Assembly: GCA_964035545.1 (NCBI GenBank)
Contig: OZ037773.1
Span: forward strand, 10,569,751 to 10,633,750
Source of the DNA: Bugula neritina
Taxonomy: Eukaryota > Animalia > Bryozoa
Length of the DNA stretch: 64,000 nucleotides
Reading direction: 5' to 3'
Both the position numbers and the translations under genes were made by a program. The notes under the pieces are model-generated. The model had not been told where the DNA came from and ran no database searches. It saw only the letters and a list, made by a program, of their open reading frames with translations. Below are positions 63,482-64,000 of this stretch, in pieces; positions within the stretch are counted from its first letter, which is position 1, and every line of letters begins with the position of its first letter.

Positions 63482-64000
63482 ATATGGTGCACACTTACAG
63501 AACCACTCTAGTAGCACAACTCATATTCAGTAAATGGTATACAGATGTAAGCAAAAATATACATTAACAAAGGTTATAGCCATGGTTACAATGTCAACAT
63601 GAAGAGTGGGCGTGTATAGAAGCGCACTACTTTGTTAAACGCAAGAAAATAAAACTTGATAAGAACTTAAGCTAGCATATAAACAAGATATATAGTAATT
63701 ATAGTTCAATATACATGTAGATCATAAAAATAATACATAGAAATCATACAGGTCATGAGTACTAGTATATCTATTATTAAATACTAATTTCAAACTGAGT
63801 CAACCTTCAAACCCAAACCCTGTAGGGAGAATAAAGTGAAAGTGACCTATAAAATCTTAGTTATCATAGAATAATAAAGCAAAGTGATCCAATAGAAAGA
63901 TAAAGGCATGAAATAGAATATGATATTGTAACAAAACACCGTTGGCCAGCAAACGCTAGCCAACCACTGGTAAAAATTATGCAGTGATACAGTAGAATTG

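Noticed and set aside
63184-63517. Overlapping ORFs with 12-13-aa repeats
   Set aside because: Explained by a minisatellite; no recognisable domain or supported exon chain.

Overview
This is AT-rich, intron-containing metazoan (invertebrate-looking) genomic DNA, not prokaryotic. I reconstructed seven spliced protein-coding genes by hand from GT-AG boundaries with consistent phases: the 3' end of a GPI-anchored Ly6/three-finger gene (+), a single-domain secreted phospholipase B1-like GDSL lipase (+), a ZFP36/TIS11 tandem CCCH gene (-), AP2S1 (-), PHAX (+), a divergent PALS1/MPP5/Stardust-type MAGUK (-) and a ZFAND5/6 A20-AN1 zinc-finger gene (-). The window also holds an elongator tRNA-Met, a Harbinger-type MITE, a second MITE, a candidate solo LTR and an RTE-LINE fragment. 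About 22 kb upstream of ZFP36 contains no recognisable protein gene. Most long ORFs in the supplied track are artefacts of minisatellites. The most striking pattern is that most introns carry their own private tandem repeat. In several introns the repeat unit is a copy of the gene's own splice junction, producing arrays of 3 to ~40 decoy donors, acceptors or AG|GT sites. All coordinates were counted by eye and no database searches were run.
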